From an uncultured Clostridia bacterium (GTDB lineage Bacteria; Bacillota; Clostridia; Christensenellales; CAG-138), in contig CAMOTD010000006.1 of assembly GCA_946625575.1 (NCBI GenBank), positions 16,251 through 80,250 of the forward strand: a stretch of 64,000 nucleotides of DNA, read 5' to 3'. Shown piece after piece: positions 46,374 to 56,692 of this stretch. Within the stretch, counting starts at the first letter, position 1; every line of letters starts with the position of its first letter. The translations under genes were made by a program, and so were the position numbers. The notes below the pieces were generated by a model. That model saw only the letters and a list, made by a program, of their open reading frames with translations. It ran no database searches and was not told the DNA's origin.

Positions 46374-46401
46374 AGCCGGCAGTTTGTACTGCCGGTTTTT
46401 T
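46374..46401 (+). terminator. intrinsic terminator of the ABC operon
   Basis: AGCCGGCAG-TTTGTA-CTGCCGGTT followed by a T-run. Confidence 0.7.
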
Positions 46402-46421
46402 ATTGCCGCCCATTATTATGC

Positions 46422-46450
46422 TTGACTTGAGCCCCCTATGATGCTACTAT
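46422..46450 (+). promoter_or_regulatory. sigma-A-like promoter upstream of the 855-aa exoprotein gene
   Basis: TTGACT (46422-46427), 17-nt spacer, TGC-TACTAT (-10 at 46445-46450). This implies a leader of about 180 nt. Confidence 0.45.
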
Positions 46451-46637
46451 GTAATTTAGAAGCATATCCGCCCCGCTTTGAAGAAACAATATTACGGCGC
46501 GGCGGTTTTATGATCTCCGGCAGCCACAATTCACGGATCATGCTTTGCCGCAAAACGGCGGCAATTATGCAGATATTGAGCCTCAAAAAACAATATGAAA
46601 GGATGCCTTTGGGCGGCAAAGGCAAAGGGACAAAAAC

Positions 46638-49205
46638 ATGAATAAGCGTTTGTTCAGGGTGTTCGCCTCGGCGCTCGCCGTGCTGCTCGTAATGACGGCG
46701 TCCGTGCGTCTTCCGATGCTTGATTCGCACGCGGAAGCAGACGCCGGGCTCACCGTTGACGAGATCACCGAGTACAGCTATGAGGTTACGCCGATACTTG
46801 CGCCGTTCCCCTATTTTATCTACGTTAAGACGGATAACCCCGATCCGGAGAGCTTCATGTTCGTGGATAAGGAAAGCGTGTATTTCGGCGATGACGCGAC
46901 CGGCTCGATTTCGCTGCCCGGTTCGAGTTACGGTTCGACGATCAGCACAGAGACCGATCCCGGTACGTATTACGTTTCCCCCTATGATTACGCGGACGTC
47001 GAATACGAAAACACGTCCACCCGCCGTGTCAACGGGGGCTATATTTTCCGTTTTGACGGCGCCATACCCGACGGAGGAGAGCTTGTACTGAAAGCCCGCA
47101 CCTCCCAGGGAACGAGCCTTCTCAACCATACCTATCAGGAGACCGACGTTACGATCCCCTGCCCTCAATTCAAAACGAGGCAGGACTATCTGATCGACAC
47201 GTATTCTTCGGATACCCAGTCTTTCTTTGAGAAGATGGACGCCATACAGGCGGGGCTGAACGCGATCGCCATTTATCCGCGCAGTGTTTACGACAGTTCC
47301 AGCCCGAACACCGTGACGCCTTACCCGCTGCTCGCGAGCTCGCGCTATCCGGAGCTTTCGCTCAACGAGCATTATCCCATGTACAACCTTTCAACCGGCG
47401 GAACGCTGCTCTATAACGCATATCCGTTCGTGCTCGATTCGCTTGGCGTGCCCGGCACGATGGCAAACGTCGCGCTGATGCTCGAACCGGATGCGCAGAT
47501 CAGCTACGGCAGCACTCACGCATTCGTCAACGTCACCTTCGGCGACGAAACGCATTCCTACGGCGGCGCAGGCAGGGGCGGCAACGATCCCCTTTTCACC
47601 GAGGACGTTGACAAGACCTTCACCTTCAGCGGCGCAGAAAACGATATGGGCACTCACGGCGGAGTTGAAAGCTTCGGCGTGCAGTTCGACGCATATGCCG
47701 AAGCCGCTGCGGCGGCAATGGAGCCGTACCGCGATCTTATCGCCGGCGCCACGTTCAAGCAGACGATAGGCGCGACCGGCGGCACGTGGATCCGCATTGG
47801 CACCGAGGGCAGCTTCAACTTCGGCACGTCTTTCTCTTACGCGGTCCCGCACGGCGGCTGGGTCGAGTTCCCGTCCCAGACATGGATCGACGGCAGGTTC
47901 ATCAGCCAATATGAGAACATCGTCCTCCGCGCGAAATTCAGCGATTATCCCACCGCAAGGATACTGCTCCACGACGTGACCTACACGGGCAACGACGGGC
48001 AGGAGCATACCCAGGACGTTATCTATACTTATGTAAGCTCCGCGGACGAATGGCAGGCGCTGTATTACTACGGGCCCAACCTCAAGCTGACCCGCGCCCA
48101 GGTCGAGGAGATCGTCGCTTCCTGGACGGAGGGCAGCCGTCTTCCCGAAGATGGTCTCATCTACGACGGCAGGGAGTACCCCGGAACGCCCTTCCATAAC
48201 ACCCTTGTCGAGGGGATCGAAGCGCCGGAGACATTTACCGCGGTGCTCGGCCGTTCGTACAGGCTGCCCGTCACGGTGCTTCCCGAGGACGCGACGTATC
48301 CCCAGGTCACAATGACCTCCACCGACTCCTCCGTCGTTTACTGCGGAAACGGCGCGTACTTCGGCGCGAATGCTGTCGGCACAGCCACCCTCACGATCAC
48401 CACGAACGACGGCGGCTTCTCAAAGACCTGCGTCGTAACGGTAGTGCCCGATAATGAGCTCAACGAGGCGTTGAACATCGAGGGCGGCGAGCTCGATTTC
48501 ACCCGCGGCGGCGAAAAGCTCTTCACCGTTGAGGAATGCGGCGACAGGCTCGTCGCAAAGCAGTCCGGCATTGTGGATTACTATGACTCCAGCATCGATA
48601 CAACGCTTGAGCTGAACGCCGGCGACAGGCTGTGCTTCGATTACAGGATCGGCACGGCGGATCCCTCCGATACCCTTTACGTCAGCATGGGCGGATACTA
48701 CTATATGTTCCGCGCGTATGGCAGCGATGCGTGGAGAGTCAATAATATCACCGCCCAGCAGGCAGGCACTTTTAACGTGACGTGGAACTTTATAGGCAAA
48801 GCCGACGGCTCCTTCTGTATGCTGGATAACGTGAGGATCGTCCGCAGCGGCGAACCCAATCCCACGCAGATAGTCGATCCGACGCCCACTCCCACGCCGA
48901 CTCCGACGCCGACTTCCACTCCTACACCTACACCTACTCCGACGCCCACACCGACTCCGACTCCCACGCCGACTCCAACTCCGACGCCTACGCCGACTCC
49001 GATCCCGACCGGAGCGCCGCTGCTCGGAGACGCCAACGGCGACGGTTCGGTTGGAGCTGACGACGCGCTCCTGATCCTCAGGTACTCGCTCGACATAATC
49101 GGGAGCGACGGGCTCGTGCTTGAAAACTGCGATATGAATTCGGACGGCGAGATCGACGCCTCTGACGCGCTGCTTCTTTTAAGACTTGTGATGCAGATCG
49201 GATAA
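46638..49205 (+). CDS. large secreted protein with Big_2-like Ig domain, Pro-Thr linker and C-terminal dockerin
   Basis: Signal peptide. Big_2-like VTVLPEDATYPQVTMTSTDSSVV...GTATLTITTNDGGFSKTCVVTV. (PT)n linker. Dockerin GDANGDGSVGADDALLILRY / CDMNSDGEIDASDALLLLRL. Confidence 0.7.
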   Translation: MNKRLFRVFASALAVLLVMTASVRLPMLDSHAEADAGLTVDEITEYSYEVTPILAPFPYFIYVKTDNPDPESFMFVDKESVYFGDDATGSISLPGSSYGSTISTETDPGTYYVSPYDYADVEYENTSTRRVNGGYIFRFDGAIPDGGELVLKARTSQGTSLLNHTYQETDVTIPCPQFKTRQDYLIDTYSSDTQSFFEKMDAIQAGLNAIAIYPRSVYDSSSPNTVTPYPLLASSRYPELSLNEHYPMYNLSTGGTLLYNAYPFVLDSLGVPGTMANVALMLEPDAQISYGSTHAFVNVTFGDETHSYGGAGRGGNDPLFTEDVDKTFTFSGAENDMGTHGGVESFGVQFDAYAEAAAAAMEPYRDLIAGATFKQTIGATGGTWIRIGTEGSFNFGTSFSYAVPHGGWVEFPSQTWIDGRFISQYENIVLRAKFSDYPTARILLHDVTYTGNDGQEHTQDVIYTYVSSADEWQALYYYGPNLKLTRAQVEEIVASWTEGSRLPEDGLIYDGREYPGTPFHNTLVEGIEAPETFTAVLGRSYRLPVTVLPEDATYPQVTMTSTDSSVVYCGNGAYFGANAVGTATLTITTNDGGFSKTCVVTVVPDNELNEALNIEGGELDFTRGGEKLFTVEECGDRLVAKQSGIVDYYDSSIDTTLELNAGDRLCFDYRIGTADPSDTLYVSMGGYYYMFRAYGSDAWRVNNITAQQAGTFNVTWNFIGKADGSFCMLDNVRIVRSGEPNPTQIVDPTPTPTPTPTPTSTPTPTPTPTPTPTPTPTPTPTPTPTPTPIPTGAPLLGDANGDGSVGADDALLILRYSLDIIGSDGLVLENCDMNSDGEIDASDALLLLRLVMQIG

Positions 49206-49218
49206 CGATCACAAATTT

Positions 49219-49254
49219 GCACCCGGGACGGTTTGACATCCCGGGTGCTTTTTT
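49219..49254 (+). terminator. intrinsic terminator
   Basis: GCACCCGGGA...TCCCGGGTGC stem followed by T6. Confidence 0.8.
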
Positions 49255-49368
49255 AACGACTTTACACGTTCTTTACAAAAGCCTTACAGAGCCTTTATTG
49301 AATACTGAGGGAAAGCGGGATAAAATATACTCGTAATCTGGCAGAGTCTTCTGCAACGGAAGGAGCAA

Positions 49369-49905
49369 ATGGCAATGTTACCGCTTATTCTTTCAACAGG
49401 GTTTTTCACCGATTGGGCCGAGACATGGGCGCACAACATCGGCGGGATAGTCCTTGTCGTGATCGGAATGATACTCATCGTCGTGGAGATGATCGTCCCC
49501 GGCTTCGGCGCGGCGGGCGTTTCCGGCGGTATTGCGCTTATCGCAGGTTTGGCTATCGGCTCAAGCAGCCTTACGGGCGCGATGTTCTCGCTGCTCATAA
49601 TCGTTGCCCTGCTTGCGATAATCGCAACACTCATATTCAAATCCGCGCTCAAGGGCAAGCTCAGCCGCTCGCCCGTGGTATTGAACACCGCGATAGAGGC
49701 GGGCTCCACCGAGCGTTCTTCCGAGGAGATGCACCGTCTTATAGGAAAGACCGGCAAAACCGTCACCGCGCTCCGCCCCAGCGGGATCGCGCTTATCGAC
49801 GGCAAACGGGTGGACGTTTCATCCGAGGCGGAGTTCATCGATAAGGATCGCGAGATCGAGGTCGTCAGCATCGACGGCATGAAGGTGCTCGTCAAACTCA
49901 GATGA
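49369..49905 (+). CDS. NfeD-family membrane protein
   Basis: N-terminal hydrophobic helices plus a C-terminal OB-like segment (GKTGKTVTALRPSGIALIDGKRVDVSSE..IEVVSIDGMKVLV). It sits upstream of floA, as in yqeZ-yqfA. Confidence 0.75.
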   Translation: MAMLPLILSTGFFTDWAETWAHNIGGIVLVVIGMILIVVEMIVPGFGAAGVSGGIALIAGLAIGSSSLTGAMFSLLIIVALLAIIATLIFKSALKGKLSRSPVVLNTAIEAGSTERSSEEMHRLIGKTGKTVTALRPSGIALIDGKRVDVSSEAEFIDKDREIEVVSIDGMKVLVKLR

Positions 49906-50111
49906 AGCGCTGCGAAAAATGCCGAACGCTCTATTCCGAAGAAGCCGCCGCGTGCCCCAAATGCGGCGTAAAGGAGTATGAGGAGGCTCCCGCGGGGGAA
50001 AAGCCCGATAAGGGCAGCGTCGCCCGCGACTGGATCTGGCTCGCAGTGGGGATCCCTCTCTTCATCGGGCTGATCTATCTCCTCGTTTACGTTATCAAAT
50101 TATTAGGCTGA
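49902..50111 (+). CDS. zinc-ribbon protein with C-terminal TM helix
   Basis: CEKC...CPKC ribbon followed by [22 protein letters not shown]. It has a 4-nt overlap with the NfeD gene. Confidence 0.55.
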   Translation: MKRCEKCRTLYSEEAAACPKCGVKEYEEAPAGEKPDKGSVARDWIWLAVGIPLFIGLIYLLVYVIKLLG

Positions 50112-50130
50112 AAGCCGAAAGGAGTTTCTT

Positions 50131-51144
50131 ATGTTCACAACTGCTTGCCTCGCCATGCTTGCCGGGGGGCTCACTCCGCTGATCATTGCGGCAATAGCGA
50201 TCGCGGTCGTCTGCTTCATCATCCTGTTCTTCTCGTTCATACCGCTCGGGCTGTGGATATCCGCCGCTGCGTCCGGCGTAAGGGTCGGACTCTTCACCCT
50301 CATCGGTATGAAGATCAGGAAGGTCCGCCCCGCAAGGATTATCAACCCCCTCATAAAGGCAACTAAGGCGGGTCTTTCGCTCTCCATAAACAAGATGGAA
50401 GCGCACTACCTTGCCGGCGGTAACGTTGACCGTGTTGCGAACGCGCTGATCGCGGCGCAGAGGGCGGGCATCCCCCTCGATTTCGAGAAGGCCTGCGCTA
50501 TCGACCTTGCAGGACGCGACGTTCTGACCGCCGTGCAGATGAGCGTTAACCCCCGCGTTATCGAGACTCCCGTCATCGCGGCTATCGCAAAGGACGGTAT
50601 CGAGCTCAGGGCAAAGGCGAAGGTCACCGTTCGCGCTAACATCGACCGACTCGTCGGCGGCGCCGGTGAGGAGACCATCATCGCCCGTGTCGGCGAGGGT
50701 ATCGTTACCACGATCGGTTCGTCCGTATCCCATAAGGACGTTCTCGAGAACCCCGATCTTATCTCCCAGACCGTTCTCGGCAAGGGCCTTGACGCGGGCA
50801 CCGCATTTGAGATACTCTCCATCGATATCGCGGACGTTGACGTCGGCGTGAACGTAGGCGCTAAGCTCCAGACCGACCAGGCGGAGGCCGACAAGCGCAT
50901 CGCTCAGGCGAAGGCCGAGGAGCGCCGCGCAATGGCTATCGCGCAGGAGCAGGAGAACAAGGCGGAGGTCCAGGGCATGCGCGCCCGTGTTATCGAGGCG
51001 GAAGCAGAGGTTCCCAAGGCAATGGCGGAGGCGTTCCGCAACGGCAACCTCGGCATAATGGACTATTATCGCATGAAGAACATGATGGCGGATACCGATA
51101 TGCGTGAAGCCATCGGCAAGACCACCACCACGGAGAACAACTGA
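50131..51144 (+). CDS. floA: flotillin-like protein FloA (UPF0365/SPFH)
   Basis: [13 protein letters not shown].....IGM.LR.V.P..I motif, with length and charged C-terminus typical of YqfA/FloA. Confidence 0.85.
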   Translation: MFTTACLAMLAGGLTPLIIAAIAIAVVCFIILFFSFIPLGLWISAAASGVRVGLFTLIGMKIRKVRPARIINPLIKATKAGLSLSINKMEAHYLAGGNVDRVANALIAAQRAGIPLDFEKACAIDLAGRDVLTAVQMSVNPRVIETPVIAAIAKDGIELRAKAKVTVRANIDRLVGGAGEETIIARVGEGIVTTIGSSVSHKDVLENPDLISQTVLGKGLDAGTAFEILSIDIADVDVGVNVGAKLQTDQAEADKRIAQAKAEERRAMAIAQEQENKAEVQGMRARVIEAEAEVPKAMAEAFRNGNLGIMDYYRMKNMMADTDMREAIGKTTTTENN

Positions 51145-51165
51145 CAAGCAAAGGAGTGATGGAAT

Positions 51166-51786
51166 ATGCCGTTCCTCATATTCCTCTTCATAGCGGGAGC
51201 GATCGTATTCTCTGTCGCCGCCAAGAAAAAGGCCCAAACGGCTGCGAAAGAGCAGCAGGCGCGTGTAAACAGACAGGTCTCCGAAGCCTCGGGCGAAGGG
51301 GCGGACAACCGCCCCGACCCCGTTAAGGAGGCCCAAGCGAGGGCGCGCCAGGAGGAGCTCAAGCGCCGTCTGGAGGAGAATGCCCGCCGCAGGGAGGCCG
51401 AGCGCGCCGCGGCGCAGACCTACGCCGCGCAAACGGTTCAAAAGCCCGCCGCACAGCAGACCGAGCGCCGCCCGCTTGAAAAGCGCACCATGGAGTCCGC
51501 GTTAAAAAAGGAAAGGCCCATCGCCTCGCATTCCGTTGACGACTGCGGCGGCGGGAGCATTCACGACGGCTTCCATGAAGGCGTATCGCAGATCAGCAAC
51601 AAGCCCCCGGCATTCGCCGGCACCCTCGGTCACCGCCTTGCGGACGAGGACGAGCGCCTTGAAAAAGAGGCTGCCGCCGCCGAGAACGCAAAGAAGGTGC
51701 TCAACAGGATCTCCAAGCTCCCCCCGCTCGCGCAGGGCATGATCTATTCAGAGATACTCGGCAAGCCCAAGTCCGAGATCGCATAA
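51166..51786 (+). CDS. hypothetical N-terminally anchored, Ala/Glu/Arg-rich protein
   Basis: TM helix FLIFLFIAGAIVFSVAA, a charged low-complexity middle, and a conserved-looking tail LPPLAQGMIYSEILGKPKS. It is followed by an 11-bp-stem hairpin at 51797-51824. Confidence 0.45.
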   Translation: MPFLIFLFIAGAIVFSVAAKKKAQTAAKEQQARVNRQVSEASGEGADNRPDPVKEAQARARQEELKRRLEENARRREAERAAAQTYAAQTVQKPAAQQTERRPLEKRTMESALKKERPIASHSVDDCGGGSIHDGFHEGVSQISNKPPAFAGTLGHRLADEDERLEKEAAAAENAKKVLNRISKLPPLAQGMIYSEILGKPKSEIA

Positions 51787-51857
51787 CAATGACCGAGAGC
51801 CGCCGGAACACCCTCCGGCGGCTCGATTAAAAAGCCTTAGTGCAGAAAGGAGCCGCA

Positions 51858-52325
51858 ATGAAGCTGCTCTTCAAACAGCGTTTCTTCTCATGGTTCGACA
51901 GCTACGATATCTATGACGAGGACGGAAACACCGTCTACACCGTTAAGGGGCAGCTCTCGTGGGGGCATCTCCTCAACGTTTACGACGCCGCGGGCGAGTA
52001 CCTCGGCAGAGTGAAGGAAAAGGTGCTGGTGCTCCTGCCGGAATTCGAGATATTCATGGGCGACGTGAGCATCGGCTCGATCAAGCGCAAATTCCTGCCC
52101 GTGTTCCGCCCCGCATACAGTATCGATTTCAACGGCTGGAAGGCGGAGGGCAATTTCATGGAGTGGGATTACACGATCACGGACGACGAAAGCGCCTGCG
52201 TTGCGACCGTCTCGAAGGAGCTCTTCCGATGGACGGACACTTACACGATAGATATCTTAAACCCCGCGGACGCGCTCTGCGTGCTCATGTTCGTGCTCGC
52301 GATCGACGCGGAAAAGTGCTCGTGA
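51858..52325 (+). CDS. LURP-one-related / YxjI-like (tubby C-terminal-like fold) protein
   Basis: MKLLFKQRFFSWFDSYDIYDEDGNTVYTVKG is the typical N-terminus of this family. The ATG at 51858 has AAAGGAG upstream. Confidence 0.65.
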   Translation: MKLLFKQRFFSWFDSYDIYDEDGNTVYTVKGQLSWGHLLNVYDAAGEYLGRVKEKVLVLLPEFEIFMGDVSIGSIKRKFLPVFRPAYSIDFNGWKAEGNFMEWDYTITDDESACVATVSKELFRWTDTYTIDILNPADALCVLMFVLAIDAEKCS

Positions 52326-52442
52326 TAAAACGATGACAAAAAATGGCTCGCCTTGGGATGCCTGCGCATAGGGGGGTCGTTTTTGCATCTTCCCAAAACC
52401 GGTCGTCTGTGGTATCATAAGAAAAAACTTTAGGGGTCTGAC

Positions 52443-53318
52443 ATGAGATTCAAGGTCGCGCTTCTGCAGCTCATGCCCGGGCAGGGGCTGGCGGAGCAGT
52501 ATTCGATAGGCGAGCGCGCCTGCCGCGAGGCGGCTCGCATGGGCGCGGATCTCGCGCTTTTTCCGGAGATGTGGTCGACGGGATATGAGTTCCCTCAGGA
52601 GCAGGAGGCGCTCGAGGCGGCGTCGATCGGCAGGGACAGCTTCTTTATGAAGGGCTTCAGCAGCCTTGCGCGGGAGCTGTCTATGGCGATAGGCGTGACG
52701 TATCTTGAGAGCTACGGCGCGTTTTCGAGGAATTCGCTCGCGGTCTATGATATGCACGGCGAGCGCGTGCTCGATTACGCGAAGGTGCACACCTGCGATT
52801 TCGGCGAAGAGCGCGTGCTCACGCCCGGAGTCGATTTCTTCGTCAAGCCGCTTGAAACGAAGGAGGGCGCGGTGAATATCGGGGCGATGATCTGCTACGA
52901 CCGTGAGTTCCCCGAGAGCGCCCGCGTGCTGATGCTCAAGGGCGCGGAGATCATTCTTTGCCCGAACGCGTGCCCGATGGAGATAAACCGCCTCTCCCAG
53001 CTTCGCGGAAGAGCGTATGAGAATATGCTCGGCATTGCCACCTGCAATTACCCCCAGGGCAAGCCCGACTGCAACGGTCACTCCTCCGCCTTCGACGGAG
53101 CGGCGTATCTGCCGGAGCTGCCCGAATCCCGTGATACCTGCATTTTGGAGGCGGGCGAGGAAGAAGGGATCTATATCGCCGATTTCGATATGGATATGCT
53201 GCGCGAATACCGCAAAACCGAGGTGCACGGCAACGCATACCGCCGTCCCGAAAAATACGGGCTCCTTATCTTAGAAAGGGTTGAAGAGCCGTTCATCCGC
53301 AAGGACAGAAGAAGATAA
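52443..53318 (+). CDS. carbon-nitrogen hydrolase family protein
   Basis: FPEMW (Glu), VHTCDF region and MICYDREFPE (Cys) contexts of the nitrilase superfamily. Confidence 0.75.
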   Translation: MRFKVALLQLMPGQGLAEQYSIGERACREAARMGADLALFPEMWSTGYEFPQEQEALEAASIGRDSFFMKGFSSLARELSMAIGVTYLESYGAFSRNSLAVYDMHGERVLDYAKVHTCDFGEERVLTPGVDFFVKPLETKEGAVNIGAMICYDREFPESARVLMLKGAEIILCPNACPMEINRLSQLRGRAYENMLGIATCNYPQGKPDCNGHSSAFDGAAYLPELPESRDTCILEAGEEEGIYIADFDMDMLREYRKTEVHGNAYRRPEKYGLLILERVEEPFIRKDRRR

Positions 53319-53379
53319 GTATTTTACGTTATAAAAGCTCCCCCGGCTGCGCCGGAGGAGCTTTGCTTGTTTTACGGGA

Positions 53380-54018
53380 TCACATAGTGCCGAAGATACG
53401 GTCGCCCGCATCGCCGAGACCGGGAACGATATAGCCGTGCTCGTTAAGATGATCGTCTATCGCTGCGGTGAATATCTTCACGTCGGGATGCATCTCCTGA
53501 ACGGCGCGGATGCCCTCCGGGACGGCGACAAGGCACATGAGGCGAACGGACTTGCAGCCCGTTTCCTTGACCTTCCTGATGCCCTCGCAGGCGGAGCCGC
53601 CGGTGGCAAGCATGGGATCGACAACGACGACGTCCCTTTCATCAATGTCGGCGGGGAGCTTGCAGTAATAGGTGACGGGCTTAAGCGTTTCCGGATCGCG
53701 GAAGAGACCGATATGCCCCATCTTGGCGGTGGGGATAAGGCTCATGATGCCGTCCGTCATGCCAAGACCCGCGCGGAGAATGGGCACAACGCCCACCTTG
53801 CAGCTGATAAGCATATGCGCCGTGGTGGGCGCAATTGGGGTCTCGATCCTGACTTCGTCAAGGGGAAGATCACGCGTGACCTCATAAGCCATAAGCGTTG
53901 AAAGCTCGGCAAGCAGGGTGCGGAAATCCTTCGTGCCGGTATTTTTGTCCCTCAAGAGGGCAAGCTTGTGCTGCACGAGGGGATGGTCGATCACCGTTAC
54001 GTTTTTGAATTCGCTCAT
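53380..54018 (-). CDS. upp: uracil phosphoribosyltransferase
   Basis: [16 protein letters not shown] and the PRPP loop [13 protein letters not shown]. Confidence 0.92.
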   Translation of the reverse strand: MSEFKNVTVIDHPLVQHKLALLRDKNTGTKDFRTLLAELSTLMAYEVTRDLPLDEVRIETPIAPTTAHMLISCKVGVVPILRAGLGMTDGIMSLIPTAKMGHIGLFRDPETLKPVTYYCKLPADIDERDVVVVDPMLATGGSACEGIRKVKETGCKSVRLMCLVAVPEGIRAVQEMHPDVKIFTAAIDDHLNEHGYIVPGLGDAGDRIFGTM

Positions 54019-54048
54019 GATTTGCCTCCGTTGATTTATATGATGTAT

Positions 54049-54492
54049 TTATCTTGCTTTGTCATAGAAGGAGATCTTCGCGATCCTTCCCTCATGTCTG
54101 CCGCCGTCGAACGGTTCGGCAAGCCATGTTTTTACGATCGCCTTCGCCGTTTCGACGCCGATGATCCTGCCGCCCATAGCGAGCACGTTCGAGTCGTTAT
54201 GATGCCTTGTGAGCGATGCGGAAAGCACGTCCGAGCAGAGCGCGCAGCGAATGCCCCTGACCTTGTTGCAGCAGATCGAAACGCCTATGCCCGTGCCGCA
54301 GATCGCGACGCCGCGCTCGAATTCGCCGCGGGCGACCGCCTCCGCCATGGGAAATGCAAAGTCGGGATAATCGACGCTCGCCTCGGAATAACAGCCGAAA
54401 TCGGTGACCTCATGCCCGAGCGCCTCCATAAATGGGATGACCTTCATCTTGAGTTCATATCCGCCGTGATCGGAGCATATCGCTATCTTCAT
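54049..54492 (-). CDS. rpiB: ribose-5-phosphate isomerase B
   Basis: MKIAICSDHGGYELK and ICGTGIGVSI motifs. 147 aa. Confidence 0.9.
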   Translation of the reverse strand: MKIAICSDHGGYELKMKVIPFMEALGHEVTDFGCYSEASVDYPDFAFPMAEAVARGEFERGVAICGTGIGVSICCNKVRGIRCALCSDVLSASLTRHHNDSNVLAMGGRIIGVETAKAIVKTWLAEPFDGGRHEGRIAKISFYDKAR

Positions 54493-54513
54493 ATCGGAAA
54501 AGCACCTTTCGAT

Positions 54514-55554
54514 TTATTCATTGAGCACGGTGAAGCCCGCCGCCCTCAAAAGCCTGTTCATGTAGGCAAGCCCCTGATCAGCTTCCTCCACGCCCTCGGC
54601 AAAAATGACGTCGACCCTTCCGGACCATCGCCTCAGCGCGGCGAAAAGCTCCCTGCAAAGGGAACCGGGCTCCTCCCTGTCCCCTATTATATCACAGTTC
54701 ATCCCATGATAACAAGAGCGAGTTTGCTCCGTTCCCAACACGACGCAGTTTTTGCCCATCGCTTCCTCGATCTCGTATTCGCGGCAGATTATCGAGGCGA
54801 TCTTCCTCGGATTGCCGACGGCGACGATGACCTCAGCGTCCGGCGCGTAATGCCTGTGCTTCATGCCGGGGGACGCGGCGACCTCGCCCTCCTTAAGGGG
54901 CCTGAGCACCGCGGGCGATACCTCGACGGGCCCGATGACCTGCTCCAGCATCTCTCTCGTGATGCCGCCCGGTCTTAATATGGTGGGTCTGCCGACGAGC
55001 GTCAGCACCGTCGATTCGACGCCGATCTCGCATGCGCCGCCGTCAAGCACGACGTCGATCCTGCCGTCCATATCCTGGAGCACGTGTTCCGCGGTCGTCG
55101 GGCTGGGTCTGCCGGACAGATTTGCGGAGGGCGCCGCGATCGGCACGCCCGCCGCGCGTATCAGCGCAAGCGCCGTCTTATGCTCCGGCATCCTGACGGC
55201 TACGGTGTCGAGCCCCGCGGTGACCTCGTCGGGAACTATATCGCTCTTTACGAATATCAGCGTGAGCGGTCCCGGCCAGAAGGCGTCCATGAGTCTTTTC
55301 GCGCCGTCCGGCACGTGCCGCCAAAGATCCTTTACGTCCGATTTTTTGGCGACGTGAAGTATAAGGGGATTGTCCTGCGGTCTCCCCTTCGCTTCGAATA
55401 TCCTTTCGACAGCCTCGCCGTCGAGCCCGTTTGCGCCGAGTCCGTAGACCGTTTCCGTCGGGAACGCGACGAGCCCGCCCGCGCGGATCACCCGCCCGGC
55501 GTACTGCGTGCCGTTTTCCTTTTGCGTTTTTGCGTTGAATACTTCGGTGTTCAT
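54514..55554 (-). CDS. tsaC: L-threonylcarbamoyladenylate synthase (Sua5/YwlC type)
   Basis: FPTETVYGLGAN, KGRPQDNPLILH and SANLSGRPSPT motifs, plus a Sua5 C-terminal domain. Confidence 0.88.
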   Translation of the reverse strand: MNTEVFNAKTQKENGTQYAGRVIRAGGLVAFPTETVYGLGANGLDGEAVERIFEAKGRPQDNPLILHVAKKSDVKDLWRHVPDGAKRLMDAFWPGPLTLIFVKSDIVPDEVTAGLDTVAVRMPEHKTALALIRAAGVPIAAPSANLSGRPSPTTAEHVLQDMDGRIDVVLDGGACEIGVESTVLTLVGRPTILRPGGITREMLEQVIGPVEVSPAVLRPLKEGEVAASPGMKHRHYAPDAEVIVAVGNPRKIASIICREYEIEEAMGKNCVVLGTEQTRSCYHGMNCDIIGDREEPGSLCRELFAALRRWSGRVDVIFAEGVEEADQGLAYMNRLLRAAGFTVLNE

Positions 55555-55612
55555 TTTTCTTCTTCAGCTGTGTGCATACTTATCAATGCAAACGCTCCCC
55601 CGCGCGCTGCCG

Positions 55613-56683
55613 TCACTCCTCTTCGCCTTTCAGGAGCTTCATCCTCTCGTCGAGGATGAGCGCGTCGATCATCTCGTCCATATCGCCGTCGACGAACGCC
55701 TCCAGCTTGTAGAGCGTCAGCCCGATGCGGTGATCCGTGACGCGGCTCTGGGGGAAATTGTACGTCCTTATCTTCGCGGAGCGGTCGCCGGAACCGACCA
55801 TCGCTCGGCGCGCCTCCGCCTCGGCGTCGTGCGCGCGGGTGGAATAGAGCTCGTAAAGGCGGCTCTTCAAAACGCGCATCGCCTTTTCGCGGTTCTGGAT
55901 CTGGCTCCTTTCGTCCTGACTCTGCACCACTATGCCCGTGGGGATATGCGTGATCCTTATCGCGGACGAGGTCTTGTTGACGTGCTGCCCGCCTGCGCCC
56001 GAGGAACGGTAGGTATCGATCCTGATGTCGTTCGGATCGATGACGACGTCGACGTCCTCCGCCTCGGGAAGCACGGCGACGGTCGCGGCGCTGGTGTGTA
56101 TGCGCCCCTGCGATTCTGTCTCGGGCACACGCTGTACGCGGTGCACGCCGCTTTCGAATTTCATGCGGGAATAGGCGTTTTTGCCGTTTATCTGGAAGAC
56201 GGCTTCCTTTATGCCGCCTATCTCGGTATCGTTCATGTCGATCACTTCGAGCTTAAAATTATGCCGCTCGGCGTACCTTGAATACATGCGGAAGAGCGTC
56301 GCGCCGAAGAGCGCCGCCTCATCCCCGCCTATGCCGGCGCGGATCTCGATTATGACGTTCCTCTCGTCGTTCGGATCCTTCGGAAGCAGCATGAGCTTCA
56401 GCTGTTCCTCGAGGAGCGACGCCTTTTCCTCCGCCTCACGCAGCTCCTCGTGAGCGAGCTCTTTAAGCTCCGCGTCGTCGGTGCCGGCGATGAGCTCCCG
56501 CGCCTCCTCCCGAGAGGCGAGCGCCGCGGAGTATTCATCGTAAACGGCGACTATCTCGCCAAGCTGCGAATGCTCCCTGGCGAGCTCTCTGAAAAGGGTC
56601 TGGTCGCCGATCACGGCGGGCTCCGAAAGCCTTTCGCCCAGCTCCTCGTATCTTTCCTTCATTTTTTTGAGTTTATCAAGCAT
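55613..56683 (-). CDS. prfA: peptide chain release factor 1
   Basis: PET tripeptide context ([17 protein letters not shown]) and GGQ motif ([12 protein letters not shown]). Confidence 0.95.
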   Translation of the reverse strand: MLDKLKKMKERYEELGERLSEPAVIGDQTLFRELAREHSQLGEIVAVYDEYSAALASREEARELIAGTDDAELKELAHEELREAEEKASLLEEQLKLMLLPKDPNDERNVIIEIRAGIGGDEAALFGATLFRMYSRYAERHNFKLEVIDMNDTEIGGIKEAVFQINGKNAYSRMKFESGVHRVQRVPETESQGRIHTSAATVAVLPEAEDVDVVIDPNDIRIDTYRSSGAGGQHVNKTSSAIRITHIPTGIVVQSQDERSQIQNREKAMRVLKSRLYELYSTRAHDAEAEARRAMVGSGDRSAKIRTYNFPQSRVTDHRIGLTLYKLEAFVDGDMDEMIDALILDERMKLLKGEEE

Positions 56684-56692
56684 TATAAGACC

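Noticed and set aside
48879-49011. Highly repetitive CCGACGCC/ACTCC DNA that looks like a microsatellite.
   Set aside because: It is in frame inside the 855-aa ORF and encodes a (Pro-Thr)n linker between the body and the dockerin. It uses mixed synonymous codons, so it is an ordinary low-complexity linker.
55613-56683. Checked the release-factor gene for a programmed +1 frameshift.
   Set aside because: This is prfA (PET motif), which is read as one uninterrupted ORF. The autoregulatory frameshift is a property of prfB.
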